Origin: Auanema rhodensis
Lineage: Eukaryota > Animalia > Nematoda
Assembly (NCBI GenBank): GCA_964057225.1
Contig: OZ059898.1
Location: forward strand, 5,456,001-5,520,000
Direction: 5' to 3'
Length of the DNA: 64,000 nucleotides
Shown here: positions 26,101 through 39,049 of the stretch, piece by piece
How positions within the stretch are numbered: position 1 is the first letter of the stretch
How the letters are laid out: every line of letters begins with the position of its first letter
Made by a program: the position numbers and the translations under genes
The notes under the pieces: generated by a model
Told to the model about the DNA's origin: nothing
Database searches by the model: none
The model's input: only the letters and a program-made list of their open reading frames with translations

Positions 26101-29100
26101 ACTCTCTTATGCGTAAGAATATGTCAAAGACCAATACTCAATACTAAGATATCTTCAAGCTCAAAACACGGTATTTCGAGAAGAAAAATCTGAGAAAATC
26201 CCTAAAATTAAGAATATTCTGTTTCAAAGGTTTCAGAAAAGGAGCCCGCAAAGCGATAATAGCATATAGCACAATATGAAAAGTTAATTTGCTATCACCT
26301 GCCATTTCGTCTATATATTTGGCAAATCAGCTATGCGTTGTGAAATTCAATGAAACTACTAAAAAGGAGAAAGCTGTTACCATGCTGTTATATTATATTG
26401 ACTGCTGGTATCTGAGGGCTACTTCTGTGGCAAAGCAAAAGCCTCGCCTTTTTGTTTTTTCTTTATCGGAAACGACATTTCGGCTAGTCAAATCACAAGT
26501 CATTACAGACAACTGCTGTAGTTGTATTGTCTTTTTTTCTTGTTTGTTACTGGTATGAAGCCGGAACATGATTTTCCGCAGACGAGAAATAGAGAAGAGT
26601 TGAAAAGAGAAGCAGAGAAAAAGTAGGAAATGTACGAGAGACTTTGTGAATCTCAGAGTTAGCATTCAGTATAGAGAATAAGAGAAAAAAAGATAAAGGG
26701 GAAGGAAGAGTAAGAAGGAGAGGAAATATGGGAAAGAGAAGAGCATTGACTGAACAGATGTGCAATGAGTTTAATATGTTATGTACATACATTTACGGTA
26801 TGTACCTGCATAGCTAATGAAGCTAGATGGATCACCTCGCTCTGCTTCTCTTCATCCTTTTACTTTAAAGCATATCCATATATGGATATCATTCTCCCAT
26901 TTCATATAACATAGTTGCCTCCCTCTTTCTCTCTATCTTTCTGTCATACTCTCGTCATATTTCTTCTCTTTCATCTTGCTTTCTACAAGCTCACTCTCAA
27001 TTGTTCTGTGAACATCTGGATCTTGACGAAGTGATTGGCCAAGTTATCTCATACCATATAGCTAGACATTGTATATCATATAGCTAGATAATCATACACA
27101 ATCTAATTTTTGAAGTTGGTAATTCATGAACAAACAAAACAGATCCAGCGTTCTCCAGATACTATATCTTTATCCTTATTTTCTCTTTCTTCAACAACAT
27201 CGAAAAACAATGTATACGAAACTATTGTAATCTTTGAAATTGTTTCGTTTATCTAGATGTTTTTCTATTCTGTTGTTGAATAGATTAAATTTTTTTGTAA
27301 AAAATATATAATGAACCAACTATAGCTGAGCTTAAATGTTAATCTGATGTATGACTCAAGATATTGATGATGTAGTTAAAAGAATAATATTTATATTATT
27401 ATATTACTGTATTATTTACAGAAAAATCAAAATATTAGCTTTAACCTCGTAATGTGCGAAATCCCCTTTTTGTAAGTTAACAATAGGCAGTTTACAATGC
27501 TATAAAGATAGTTTGAAGAGTTGGTTCACTAGTCAGACGACAAAGCCAATTATGAAACGATACAAGTGGAAAAGGAAAGTACAGCCGGGTGTTCGAAAAG
27601 TTCGTGAAAACAGAGGGATATAGAAGAGAAATTTGAGGACATTCCAGTCAACTTTACATCAATTCTCGAAGAACTTCGAAAGGACGTCAGAATAGATGTA
27701 AAATAAGAAATATCGTTGATATTTCGTTAAATATAGTTTTACAAGACAGAAAATACATGAAAGAGATCTATAAAGAAGAAAATATATTTTACCGTTTTAT
27801 TCACAAATATTATTAAAGTAAATGGTCACATTCTAATTTTTCCTTATAAACTCTACAAAAATATCAAAAATTTGCCAAATAACACTTTATAATATAGAAA
27901 ATATTTAATAAATTGATATATACTTAACTGTATATGACTAATATTTTGATTTTATATACAACACAACTAAAAAATAAGACCAAAATGAAGGAGACTGACT
28001 GAAACTGATGTCGAAGAGACTGAAGCGAGTGAGGCTGTCTCATCTAATTTTCCGTAGAATATGTATGGTCGTCGAATGGCAGTTCGTCTGAATAATTCGC
28101 CTTTTTCGAAGCTTTCAAGAGATGGCTGATGAGTTTTCAATGTCTTGTTACATATATTCATATTTTTATATCATATAAATTATACATATAGTTTAAGTAT
28201 TTTATTTGAAAATGGTTGTATATTGATTTATATGATGATGATGATGAAGATGACGATGATGCTCACATGTCATGATGATTCTTTCAGCTATTGCATGTAA
28301 ATATTAAAATGGGCAACATAAGTACATGAAGCTGGAAAATTATATAAAGCCAAGCTGACATCTAATAGAATATCTTAAGCTTAAAGATGAGTTGAGATTT
28401 TTGCTTGTATCCCTATAAGTTCATTGAATGAACATGTGACCTTCTAAGTATCACATGAGTATAACCAGCTGTAACATCTTTGTATAGATAGACACATAGT
28501 ACTGTAATCGTTTTCGACAAGAAAAAAATGAAACAGAGATTGAGTAGCTGTAATATCTGTGTATGCAAATACATTAGTAGAAAACGATATGAAGAGAGAT
28601 ATTAGAAGAAATGGAGAAGATTAGAGATATATATCCATGTTCATCAGATACTTCTGTATCAACTTCATGGCTATTCCAAATACAGCAGTCTGGTTGTTAA
28701 TCCATTAGCCAAATAATGGCTGTTCACGTTGCTTCGCTCATCTAGTCATAATAGGTTATGGTGTAACCTCAAGTGGCTTGGCATACTTAACATCGTCTGT
28801 CTCTATCTCACTCTCACTCATGCTTTATTCTTTCAATACTTCCTGGTCTTGCATATGAAAGTAATAATATCTTAACTAATAAATAAAAGTGAATGAAACA
28901 CCTATAGATTAACAGATATGAAATTAAAAAATAATTTTAAACAAGTATTTAAATGATTATAAAGCAGTAAATATTACATGTTTCTTCTAATTATTTGTTT
29001 CCTCTCATCGGTCCTGTCCCTTGTGTTCGCACTCTCCATCTTTTTACTTTTCTCTTCTAGTGCTTCTTCTTTTCTTTTCTCATACCATAAACATGAAACC

Positions 29101-30799
29101 TCATGCTAATCCCAAGTTCACAGCTCCTCCATGAAACTTTAATAAGGGTTTTATTTATGGGTGACAAGAAGGAGAGTCTAGGAATTGACGATGACAACTG
29201 AGGCGTTCACCGTTGTTCTCGTAGTTTCAATGTTGTAATCTCAATTGTCAGTAAAGAAATAACGTATGTATATATGTATATCATCTTATATATAGTTATA
29301 AAACCTTTTTATTTTCTTGTAAATTTGGGTTAAATTTACTTGAGGTCTTTATCTTGTAAATATTCAGAATTAAGTTGTGGTTATAATACTAGTATGAATT
29401 AGGTGAAAGCCTCTTATCCAATAGAAGATGTTTAGTTAGAGATAGAAGACAACGACCAGGAATAACGGTTGTAAGTGCTATTACATTCGAATGACTGACA
29501 ATAGAAAATGTCAATGACAACCAAAAAGAAGATCTCTGTCTCGTTGCTTACGCCGAACATCGTTGTACGTCGTCGTTGGTACTCGGCATGCATTTCCAAA
29601 TACTGCTTGCTGACTGCATCGTTTCGGATGGACGGCAACGAGAACAACGGAGGCGTCGTCGACGAGAAGAAGGAGGGCAGGAAAGGAATGGCTTCTGCCA
29701 GTGGGACAATGTCTTGCAGCATAGAATCGAGTGATTGGCTTGCAAAACCTTTGCAAGATATAGAAGAAAAATCTGCTTAATCAGATCGACGTCATTTTAG
29801 AATTCTGTACTTATATATAGATATAGATATATATGAAAAAACTAAAACAATGAGTACTATTTGAGAAAATTGAGAAAAATAATAGAAGAAACATAGGTAG
29901 AAGAAGAAATAATTCTTTCATTGAAAATATAAATAGACAAAAATTCTTATGACGATACTTAATAAATCTTAAATTTTATCAGATTATATTCATAAAATAT
30001 GTAATATTATATGAGTATTCATATAATTGAGATATTTTAGTACCGGGTTAGATGAATTTACTTTTAAAAAACTTTTACTCGTTATATTTTTATGTTTTTT
30101 TTTGCCTTTTGTTTCATGTAACTATTTCATGAAGTTTTTTGGGTGGCTGAAACGTTTATTTGTTTTTCATGAAAAATTCATTTTGTTTAATAATTTCATA
30201 AGAAACATCTTCAAGATTAAAAAGAATGAATGTTATAATTAATTGAGTTTCAAATATCAATTGAAGCTTTCATTTTCAGTCAATTTTATTCTTTATAGCT
30301 AGTGTCAAATGAGTTTCATGTCTATTGTTGCTTTCATCGCTTTTTATTCTCTTGATCTTATAACTTGATCATTCTTGTCAACTTATGAACCTTGTGTTTA
30401 TCGATGGTGACATAGTCCTCTTCTTCGGCTCTCGTCTTCGTCGACGCCGTCTTCGTCGTTGGTAATGTCTTGCCAGTGGGCTCGTTCTTTTCAATGAAAT
30501 TTCAACTCATACTCTACTAACAACATACTCTTTTACTATCTATTCACAACTATCTCTATCCCTTTCTCTCAATTCGGGCTTTTCCGAAAGACATAAAATT
30601 TCTTTCTCACTATAACCATTTTCCAACAGCGATTATCACGATTCCCATAATATCATAGACTATTCTTCATTTTCTCCTCTTTACTCCTTTTTTCCATTTT
30701 AGCGTCCCCTCTTTTCTTTTCTCTATTTTCATCCTGCTCTCTCTCTTTTCCTCTTTCTCTCCACCCCTTTTTCTATTCACCAGGCCTTCTATATGATCC

Positions 30800-30916
30800 T
30801 CCCCTCGTTGCGGCTGTGATTGGTCGAAATGGGCGGGGCTTAGCGCCGCCTACGGTAGCTGAGGCGCGGCCCCCACTAGCCCAGCCCGAAGCCAGCTAAG
30901 CCAGCTAGAGGCCCGT
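30800..30916 (+). promoter_or_regulatory. GC-rich core promoter candidate of unc-86 with CCAAT box and GC box
   Basis: Sharp GC island about 560-680 bp upstream of the first unc-86 ATG, with GTGATTGG (reverse CCAAT) 30816-30823, GGGCGGGGC 30831-30839 and tandem AGCCAGCTA. Flanked by CT-rich tracts. Confidence 0.6.
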
Positions 30917-31477
30917 GTGTGTGCCTCCTTCTCTTCCTCTCTGTCACCTCTTCTGTCTGTCTCTTTCTGTCTCTCTATTTCCATCTACTCACTAAATCTA
31001 TCTCCCTGTGTGCCGTCCACCCACGATAACGACGGCGACGACAACGACGACGAGCTGAAGGCCACCAGAAGCTGTCTCCTTGCTCCACCTAAACTGTTAA
31101 TCATTCTATTCTATTTGCTGGTTGTGACAACGGCAGAACGAATTTAACGACAACAGCAATCAGCAACAATCTATCGTGAAGCTTGCTGACCTGATCAACA
31201 TCGTATACATCAACTATATAGACATTGGATACAAGTAGCAGATCTAGCTTCAACTTCTACCAATCGTCTAACCTCATTTACAACAATCATATCAACTAAT
31301 TCGTGCATACTGCCGCCAACGACAATCAACTCGCTTACGACGCCTTTGTCGGATCTTCGTAAGATCGACGCCAACAATCCAAATCAAACTGTTAACGCGC
31401 ATTCAACAGCTATAATCAGTCTGCGCACAGACGATACATCCAGAACTCGAATACCAGAAGCCGAGCCCGTAAGCTAT

Positions 31478-34400
31478 ATGCAGGCTCCTCTCTACCCTTC
31501 ACTAAACAGCTTACAAGGCCAGTTGGGGGGATCATTAACAAGTTCTGGAAGATATTCTCCGAACTCTTATAAGAACCGTATGCAACCGGTAAGTCATAAA
31601 CTTTTAAGCTATTAATTATTTTTATTTATATATTAATAACAATCTCTACTATTTTATTATAATTTTTACATATTTATATAGTTTATTTATGAATCAGAGT
31701 ATAATTCTATTATTCAATCATCATTTATCACACCTATTTTTTCTTATTTTATATATCATTTCTGATGATCTTGTCCACGCTGGTAATATATTCTATGGCT
31801 GACTGGGCATAAATTAAAGTCTTATTAAGAATTTATGAAATTTGCAATAGCTTCCTCACAGTTGCATCTCTCATCAGTGTCCCAATAAGGTTCATTTCAT
31901 TAGAACATATTTCACGTATCTTTCATATATTTTACCTGAATTCTTTTGTTATCGTCATCATATTTATATTTTTTTGAATTTTTTCCTTAAAAATCGTAAA
32001 GCACTAAAAGCATATATATAGTATATAGTTAACGAATTGCATACAAAAATAATTATTTCATAAACTATTCTCTATTCTATAACTTATTTCCTTGTTAGTC
32101 ATATTTTCTGACGAATAATTTGAAATAGTTTAACATTGAGATTATTAAGTCTGTGCTATTACTCTCTGATCGTTGAACAATTTTTTTTGTTTGAAATTAT
32201 ATGAATGACTTGTCTCAGCGTCCTTCTACATCACACAGTGATGAAGAAAGCCTGAAGACACTACTTTGAACTTCTGAATACACTGGATAACATTCACGTG
32301 GTCAGCACTTGTGGTTATGTACAAGTCGATGAAAAATTAATTTCGAGGCGCCTCAATGAGAGCCTAGTTGTCAATTTATTCATAGTTGTAAGCACTACCT
32401 ATGTTTGTTATGACTAAAACTTGAAGCTTCAAATGTTTTAACATACATTAGTGTGAAGTTTGAAGCTGATTAAGTTTGTCATCCTCTCAATTTATATTGT
32501 AAACCAATGTAATAGGATAGAGAGATCATTTCTCGATTTCTATATACATAAATGTATTTGATTGTCCACAGTTTCCAAGAAATTTTCCTCTACCCACCAT
32601 CCATCGTATGCTTCCTACCTCACCTTTCACAATTTTCAACTTTTCTGGTTCATTGAATGAAAATTCTTCTTTTACCTGACAAAATTGGCTCGAAAAAGCT
32701 GACTTGTTGTTGTCACAATACTTTTTCCTTTTAAGCTCAATTTTCCACTTGTTTGAGCTTTTTTCACCTACTATCTACAGCTACATCCACATAATTTTCC
32801 AATAACGACTGGGATCCAACATAGTGAAAATATGAAATTTTTCAAGCAAAAAGAGAACTTACCTGACGAGAGGCAATAGTAAAAGGGAGATACCAATCTG
32901 TAAAACAATTGCAAAAATAATTTTTTTTACTAGAAATCGTAGCAAAAAATATTATTTTTATGTGTTCAAAAGTTCATATCATGAATTTGCGGTGTTTCCT
33001 GAAAATAGGGCTGGTATAGTATTAGTAAATCATATATATCTTATTTTCTATAGTTATAACACTTGTTACAAACACTGATTATACCAATTTGCTTCGATCT
33101 ATATCCTGCTTTCAGCGGCAGGTGCTTTTTCAATAATGTTTCCAATATATTTCTAATTAATAACAGCTTTTTCATGTCGTGTTCAATCTGCTTCGTGAGC
33201 AGAAATCGTTTGTCAACTACTGACAGCAGATGAATCATTCTCATGTCTCTTACCACAGATGGAATCTGACCATGTTATCATAGACATAAAAGATATAAAA
33301 ATATAACTTTTACTTGCAAATTGCTTATTACTGTGAACAAAAAGGAGGTTAGGAAACATGGAACAACGACATCTTTAACATGTGTCATGTCTTTCGTTCC
33401 TTTTTCTCTTGTACAACTAACTTTTCAATTTTTTTCTTTCATTCTTAAAATGAAAAGTCAAATATGAATACTACTGTTTGTCTAAAAGTTATTTTTGCTT
33501 TTTACAAACGATTTTAAATAAAAAAATAGAGAATGAAGACGATATTAGCCTTTTTGATCATTTGTCATGTCTTTTCTAGTATTTTAGCATTCTTTTCATT
33601 ACCTTACCTTCCACTATTTTTTTAAAATTCAACTTTTCTTTTACTTTCATAAACTCCTTTTTACTCTGCTTGTCTAGCTCATTTTCACTTTTTTCTAGGC
33701 TTCATTTCTTTTCGAGCTTCCTCTCTATGGCTTTTTTCTACTACGGTATACATTCTCAGGAGCTGAACGAGACACGACTTTCGGTTTTCTAAGTAATCAT
33801 CGTGCTCCCTATTCCTTTTCTTACTCTTCTAGCTCTTTCATCTTCCACGTTCTTCAAATGTCTCTTTCATCTTCTTTTTACATTATATGAAACCCGTCCT
33901 TTCGAACTAACTTTCACATCGCCTCAATCACATCCCCTCCTCTAAGAAATTCTTCTTCATTTCTTTTTCATGGCTTGAAAACTCCCAAAATCTAAAATAT
34001 ATCAGGGAAGATGCAATGATTTTCTTGTCGTTCTTAGATATGATAGCAATTTTAGCTGTTTAGCTTCCAGAACCTAGTCTTAAAAGCAAAAAATCTTTCG
34101 TATTCCTAGTTTCGTGCAAATCTTCAGAATTGCTTGAATATAGGGCAAAGATGAAGAAGGTAGCATGACGTGATGACACGAAAAGATCCGTCGCAGATTG
34201 TTGGCTGCCAGGGGCAACGTTTGCCATCCTAAAGATCGACGACGACAGACGAGCGATGAAGTATCGTCGTGTCATCGGCTAAAAGCAAGAGGGCAGTCCA
34301 CTATTTGTTCTGCTCCATGAAAAATTAATTTCTCGTAAATGGCTAAATAGAAAACAGACTCAAGCAATGAGCAGCCACAGAAGCAATAGAAGCTGGCAAC

Positions 34401-37237
34401 AAACCCCACCCATAAGACCACTGCAGCAGCAGCAGCAGCAAAGCTGCAGCAACAACAAGCAGAAGCAGAGCAAGTCATCAGATGCAAGCTTTGGTGTGAA
34501 AAACTTTGTCGTCCTTGACAAAAGTGAGGATGAACATGTCATCTTAGCAGAGAACTGACAAGATGAAAACGATCATCAAATGCAAAATGAGAATGTTTAT
34601 ATACAGTGTTGAAACTTAACAACATTGACAGACGGACACTTTAATTAATAGCTTTCTTTAATTATTTAGGTATACTAATAATTAATTAAGTTATTCTAAG
34701 ATACAACTGAACTTCATAACAAAATCACTCATCATTAAGTTCATTTTTCTTACAATGTAGATAAATTATTGTAAATTTTAAATAAGAAACAAATAGTTGA
34801 GATAGTTAAAACCTTATATATATATATATATATATATATTATTTTTAATTCATACTATATAAAGATTTTTATTTCAGTTTAACAACTCTTTATTCGGGTC
34901 GTTTGACGATTCCTTATTTCAAGCTCGAGCAGCTCAAGCGGCAGCTCTAGCTGATATCGATGTCAAAAATGTGAATCTGACCAATCAGCTAATGAGGCCA
35001 CAAGATATGTTTAGGTATAATTCAACTTTTAATTAATATATTCATTTGTATATAACATTATGTATTATTTATTTCATTTTCAGTAATTACCTCATGTCGT
35101 CTGGACAAGACACAACGAATATTTACCAAGGCCTTCCTACTTCATCAGAACCGTTCGATGCTTCTACACTTATTCCAACTAGTAATGCAACTGAGCAAGC
35201 TAGTCATGAAAGTATGACTCCGCTTCAACAGGTTAGTTAAACTTTTATTTTCGTGCAACTGTATAAATTCATCTTTAAGGTTATGGCGATGCAGAACTAC
35301 GGTGCTCCTTCTCATTTCACCCAATACCCAATGGCTCCCTCCTTTGCTGTATCAGCTCCTTCTCAAGTTCGATATCCTTTATCAGCTCCTTCCACCGGTT
35401 CCAATTTAGGTAAGTAGTAATTGTAATTTGTTTTTATTATGTTTTTTTAGAAATTGATACGGATCCTAGAGAATTGGAACGATTTGCGGAACATTTTAAG
35501 CAGCGACGAATCAAACTAGGAGTTACACAGGTATATTCTAGCTACAACCCAGAGTAACTCTAAGTTTCGTATTTTTTAGGCCGATGTAGGAAAAGCCTTA
35601 GCTCATCTTAAAATGCCTGGTGTTGGATCATTATCTCAATCAACCATCTGCCGTTTCGAATCCCTGACACTATCACATAATAACATGGTAGCATTGAAAC
35701 CTATACTTCATTCATGGCTTGAAAAAGTAAATTTTTGGAAACAATTCTTTTATGTTTTCATGGTGTTCGTTGTACATATGATATTTTCAGGCTGAAGAGG
35801 CCATGAAACAGAAGGATACATGTGGTGATGTATCAGGGATACTGCCTAACACTGACAAGAAACGAAAACGAACTAGTATAGCAGCCCCTGAGAAACGACT
35901 TCTAGAAGATTATTTCAGGTAAAACATATACTTATATGATTTCTTAGAAATAAATAAGTAATAACTAATTGAATTATTGAATAAATTTAATTTAGGCAAC
36001 AGCCACGACCATCAGGAGAACGTATAGCTCAAATAGCTGAGAAATTGGATCTTAAAAAAAATGTTGTTCGTGTGTGGTTTTGTAATCAACGACAAAAACA
36101 AAAAAGGTGAATACTATTAATTTAATTTAGAAATCTTAAATTAAAATTACTTATATTGATATTAGAATATATTTTTGATAATCTGAAATGAAAGCAGCAT
36201 ACAAGTCTTCCATGTTAAGCTCTTCATACAAAACTTCAAATCTGAAATCTTGAAACAAATTTGCTAGAAAAATAATTATTTTATAATTATATAAATAATA
36301 TATAAACATTAGATCGTATTAGCATTTTTTAAATTTGTTTTATAATTCTAACTACACTATACTAATTATTATTTAAAGAAGTACATATGTATATTACAAT
36401 TATGATATTATCTTTCTTTCTTTTTTTTTAAACTATTCAATAATAAGACATTAATTTTATATTTATTACATGTATATAATTTATTAGATTCATGTATATC
36501 ATTAGTTATGAAAAACAGCCTTTTTTTGGAAACATAGCCCAAAACAATTCACTTTGAACTTTTCTTTTTTTGAAAAATTTCTAATTAAAATTGATTGAAA
36601 CTGACTAGAATGTCTTGTATGCTGCTTTTATTCTAAAACTATTTTAATTTTGTTTAAACACTCAAATTGGTCTTTGAATAAGGATCACAAATTCTCATAT
36701 TTCGGTTTTTGAGTATGCTAATACTTGCCTTATTTGTAGTTCTTGTCGCTCCGGACCAGCTTACAATAATAATATCACTATCAGTAATAATAATAATACA
36801 ACTAATAATAATAATAATAATGCCGTCAATTCCGTCTATGACCGCATTGATACGAGCACCAGCAGCATTTGGCGTGAGCGACAAGATCTGCAGAAGGTGA
36901 GCCAAACATCCGTGTCTCGTTAATCTATATGTGTTGTGTATTCTATACCTTTTTTTCATTTTCTTTTCATTTTTTACGATATTCAAATTCATTCGTACTT
37001 CTACTTCTATTCTTTTCTGTATCATTTCCAGCTAAAAACTAACTGATTCGTATAGATCAAATGAAACTATTCATTGGTCTTTAGTATATTTGACATGGAA
37101 ACATTCATTTTAATTTCAGAGACTTCCGTTCACAGTTCCGCTCTCGTAATGGCACAAATGGTACAGCAGCTCCACGATTGATGCCAGCCAATACCAAATG
37201 TGCTCCATTTCCCGGCCTACCCGGCTACTTTGAGTAG
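31478..37237 (+). CDS. unc-86: POU class IV homeodomain transcription factor (Brn3/POU4F/acj6 orthologue)
   Basis: Exons 31478-31588, 34878-35014, 35084-35231, 35280-35409, 35451-35530, 35580-35726, 35791-35918, 35996-36106, 37120-37237. Contains the POU-IV box region ([23 protein letters not shown]), POU-specific domain ([59 protein letters not shown]), homeodomain ([14 protein letters not shown]...[15 protein letters not shown]) and tail DFRSQFR...GLPGYFE*. Start codon uncertain. Confidence 0.97.
34423..34470. repeat. (CAG)n / CAR-rich repeat in unc-86 intron 1
   Basis: gcagcagcagcagcagca followed by degenerate gca/aca units. Confidence 0.85.
36740..36896 (+). CDS. unc-86: Putative alternative cassette exon of unc-86 encoding an Asn-rich C-terminal segment
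   Basis: TGCTAAT branch-like motif, TTTGTAG acceptor (36733-36739) and AAG|GTGAGC donor. 52 stop-free codons in the frame delivered by the homeodomain exon. Confidence 0.65.
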
Positions 37238-39049
37238 CAAATGTGAAGATGTCATTTGAATATGTTTGATAACGACGACAACAGAAGTTCAAAATGCGAA
37301 CAGGTCAACTTGGTTCGTCTTTTTCTAGATCCAAACGATTAGTTCACCGTTTTGTTTTTGATATCTTTGTGTAAAATCTTGTATAATTATATCTATATAT
37401 TTATATTATATAATTAAGTTAATATAATATTTATATATATGTGTTTTGTCCATTAATGCTCAGGTTTTTTTGAATATTAATATACATATATATACATTTA
37501 TATATATAATATATATTTTTATATATTATATACATATATATTTATTTATTAATAATCATGCATGTTCAAGAAAATGTCTAGATCATGTATGTTTATGTAT
37601 CTATCTCTCTCTCTATCTCCTTCTCTCTCTCCCTCTCTCTATGTGTGTGTAAGTATGTGTGTGTTATTTCAACTCTTTTAATGATAATCTCAACCTGTTT
37701 CTCATAAAATATACAATTATTCTTGCAATTTGGAGGGCTATATGATCTCATGGCATTTGACCAGAACTCTTCTTATTCACATTCCTGGTCTTCTATTTCC
37801 TTCTCTGTATTTTAAATGATTTTTTACAATTATTAGAATTTATATATTGATAAGTATATGTTATCTGATAGCAATACAAATCCCAACCCAACTCCCCAAC
37901 CAGCACCAAATTTCTCATTTATTGCCTATACCATCATCATTCTTTCAATTTGTAGATCAAGTACTTAAAGTTTTACTCATTCAATGATCCTTTCGGTACC
38001 TAATACGCCTTGGTATGACGCCATTCTCTGTAATTCACTTCAAACATTGTAGTTTAAATCCATATAAATGCTACCGGAATGTATAGTTTAATCAAAAAAT
38101 TATATAGATTTCAATCTTTCCTATTCTTCTCTTTATCCATATTTTTTCTTTTTTTCTTCTGTTTTTACTTCTTTTCTTCCCCCTCCCCTCATCGTCCTTA
38201 CACAGGGTATTTGTTTGTGCAAAATGGTTTTTGTTGTTTCCTTAAGTCCGAATTCAAGATCTATTATTAATATATGACATTATTGTGACAATGAATTCTA
38301 TATATCTATGCACATAGTTGAACAAAAAAAAATATATCAAGTAAGATAGATAGATGCAAAGTAGGGAAATTAAAAAGAAACAAAGATAAATATTTAAAAA
38401 AGACAATATTGAAAAAAGTTATGTTGGGATAAATGAAAAACGATATAATCACCATCTTGCAACAAGGATTTTGCGATCTGAACTAGAAAGGTAAACTTAT
38501 GATACGGTTAAATGGACATGTGATAACTCTGATTGAGCTTCGTGAGCACATAGGTAAGACATGCAATACAGTAGACAGACGGCATGAGATCGATCTCACT
38601 GACAGCCAAGACGGCGACACTACCGATGACAGCAAAGATGATGATGATGTTGAAGCTGCTACGTTCATTCAAGTGACAGAGAGTAGCAGTTAGAATGGCT
38701 GTAAGTCGAGAAGATTGTGTTGATTTCAGGAGACGCAGACTAGCACGAATCAATGTGGCTGCTTTCCTGACAGAGAGCTCAGACGGGAAAGGCTGAGGGA
38801 AGGAGATGGAGCACGAGCTCCATGAATGATTCAGTAGTTGTAGCCATACGGAGGAAGGACGAGTAAAGAGGGTTTAGAGAAATAGGGGACATATTCAGCA
38901 GTGAATGTAGACAAAGAAAAGAAGAGAACAGTAGAGAGAAAAGATAGAGAGAAAAGTGAAATTGTTCAAAGGTGAAGAGAAATTTCACAATGCCGACTAC
39001 CTTTGCATATTTGTGAATTCTACTAATACCCAATAATACAAGTCACATC

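Noticed and set aside
29432-29780. Four overlapping ORFs upstream of unc-86
   Set aside because: Expected from locally high GC, with no recognisable protein or exon chain. Better explained as regulatory DNA.
34272-34558. Poly-Q, poly-A and poly-C ORFs in unc-86 intron 1 as an alternative first exon
   Set aside because: They derive from a CAG repeat, and I found no convincing phase-0 donor linking them to exon 34878.
36654-37025. 123-aa minus ORF and 63-aa plus membrane-like ORF in the unc-86 last intron
   Set aside because: The poly-Ile runs are alternative readings of the (AAT)n tract. The splice sites support the third, poly-Asn frame.
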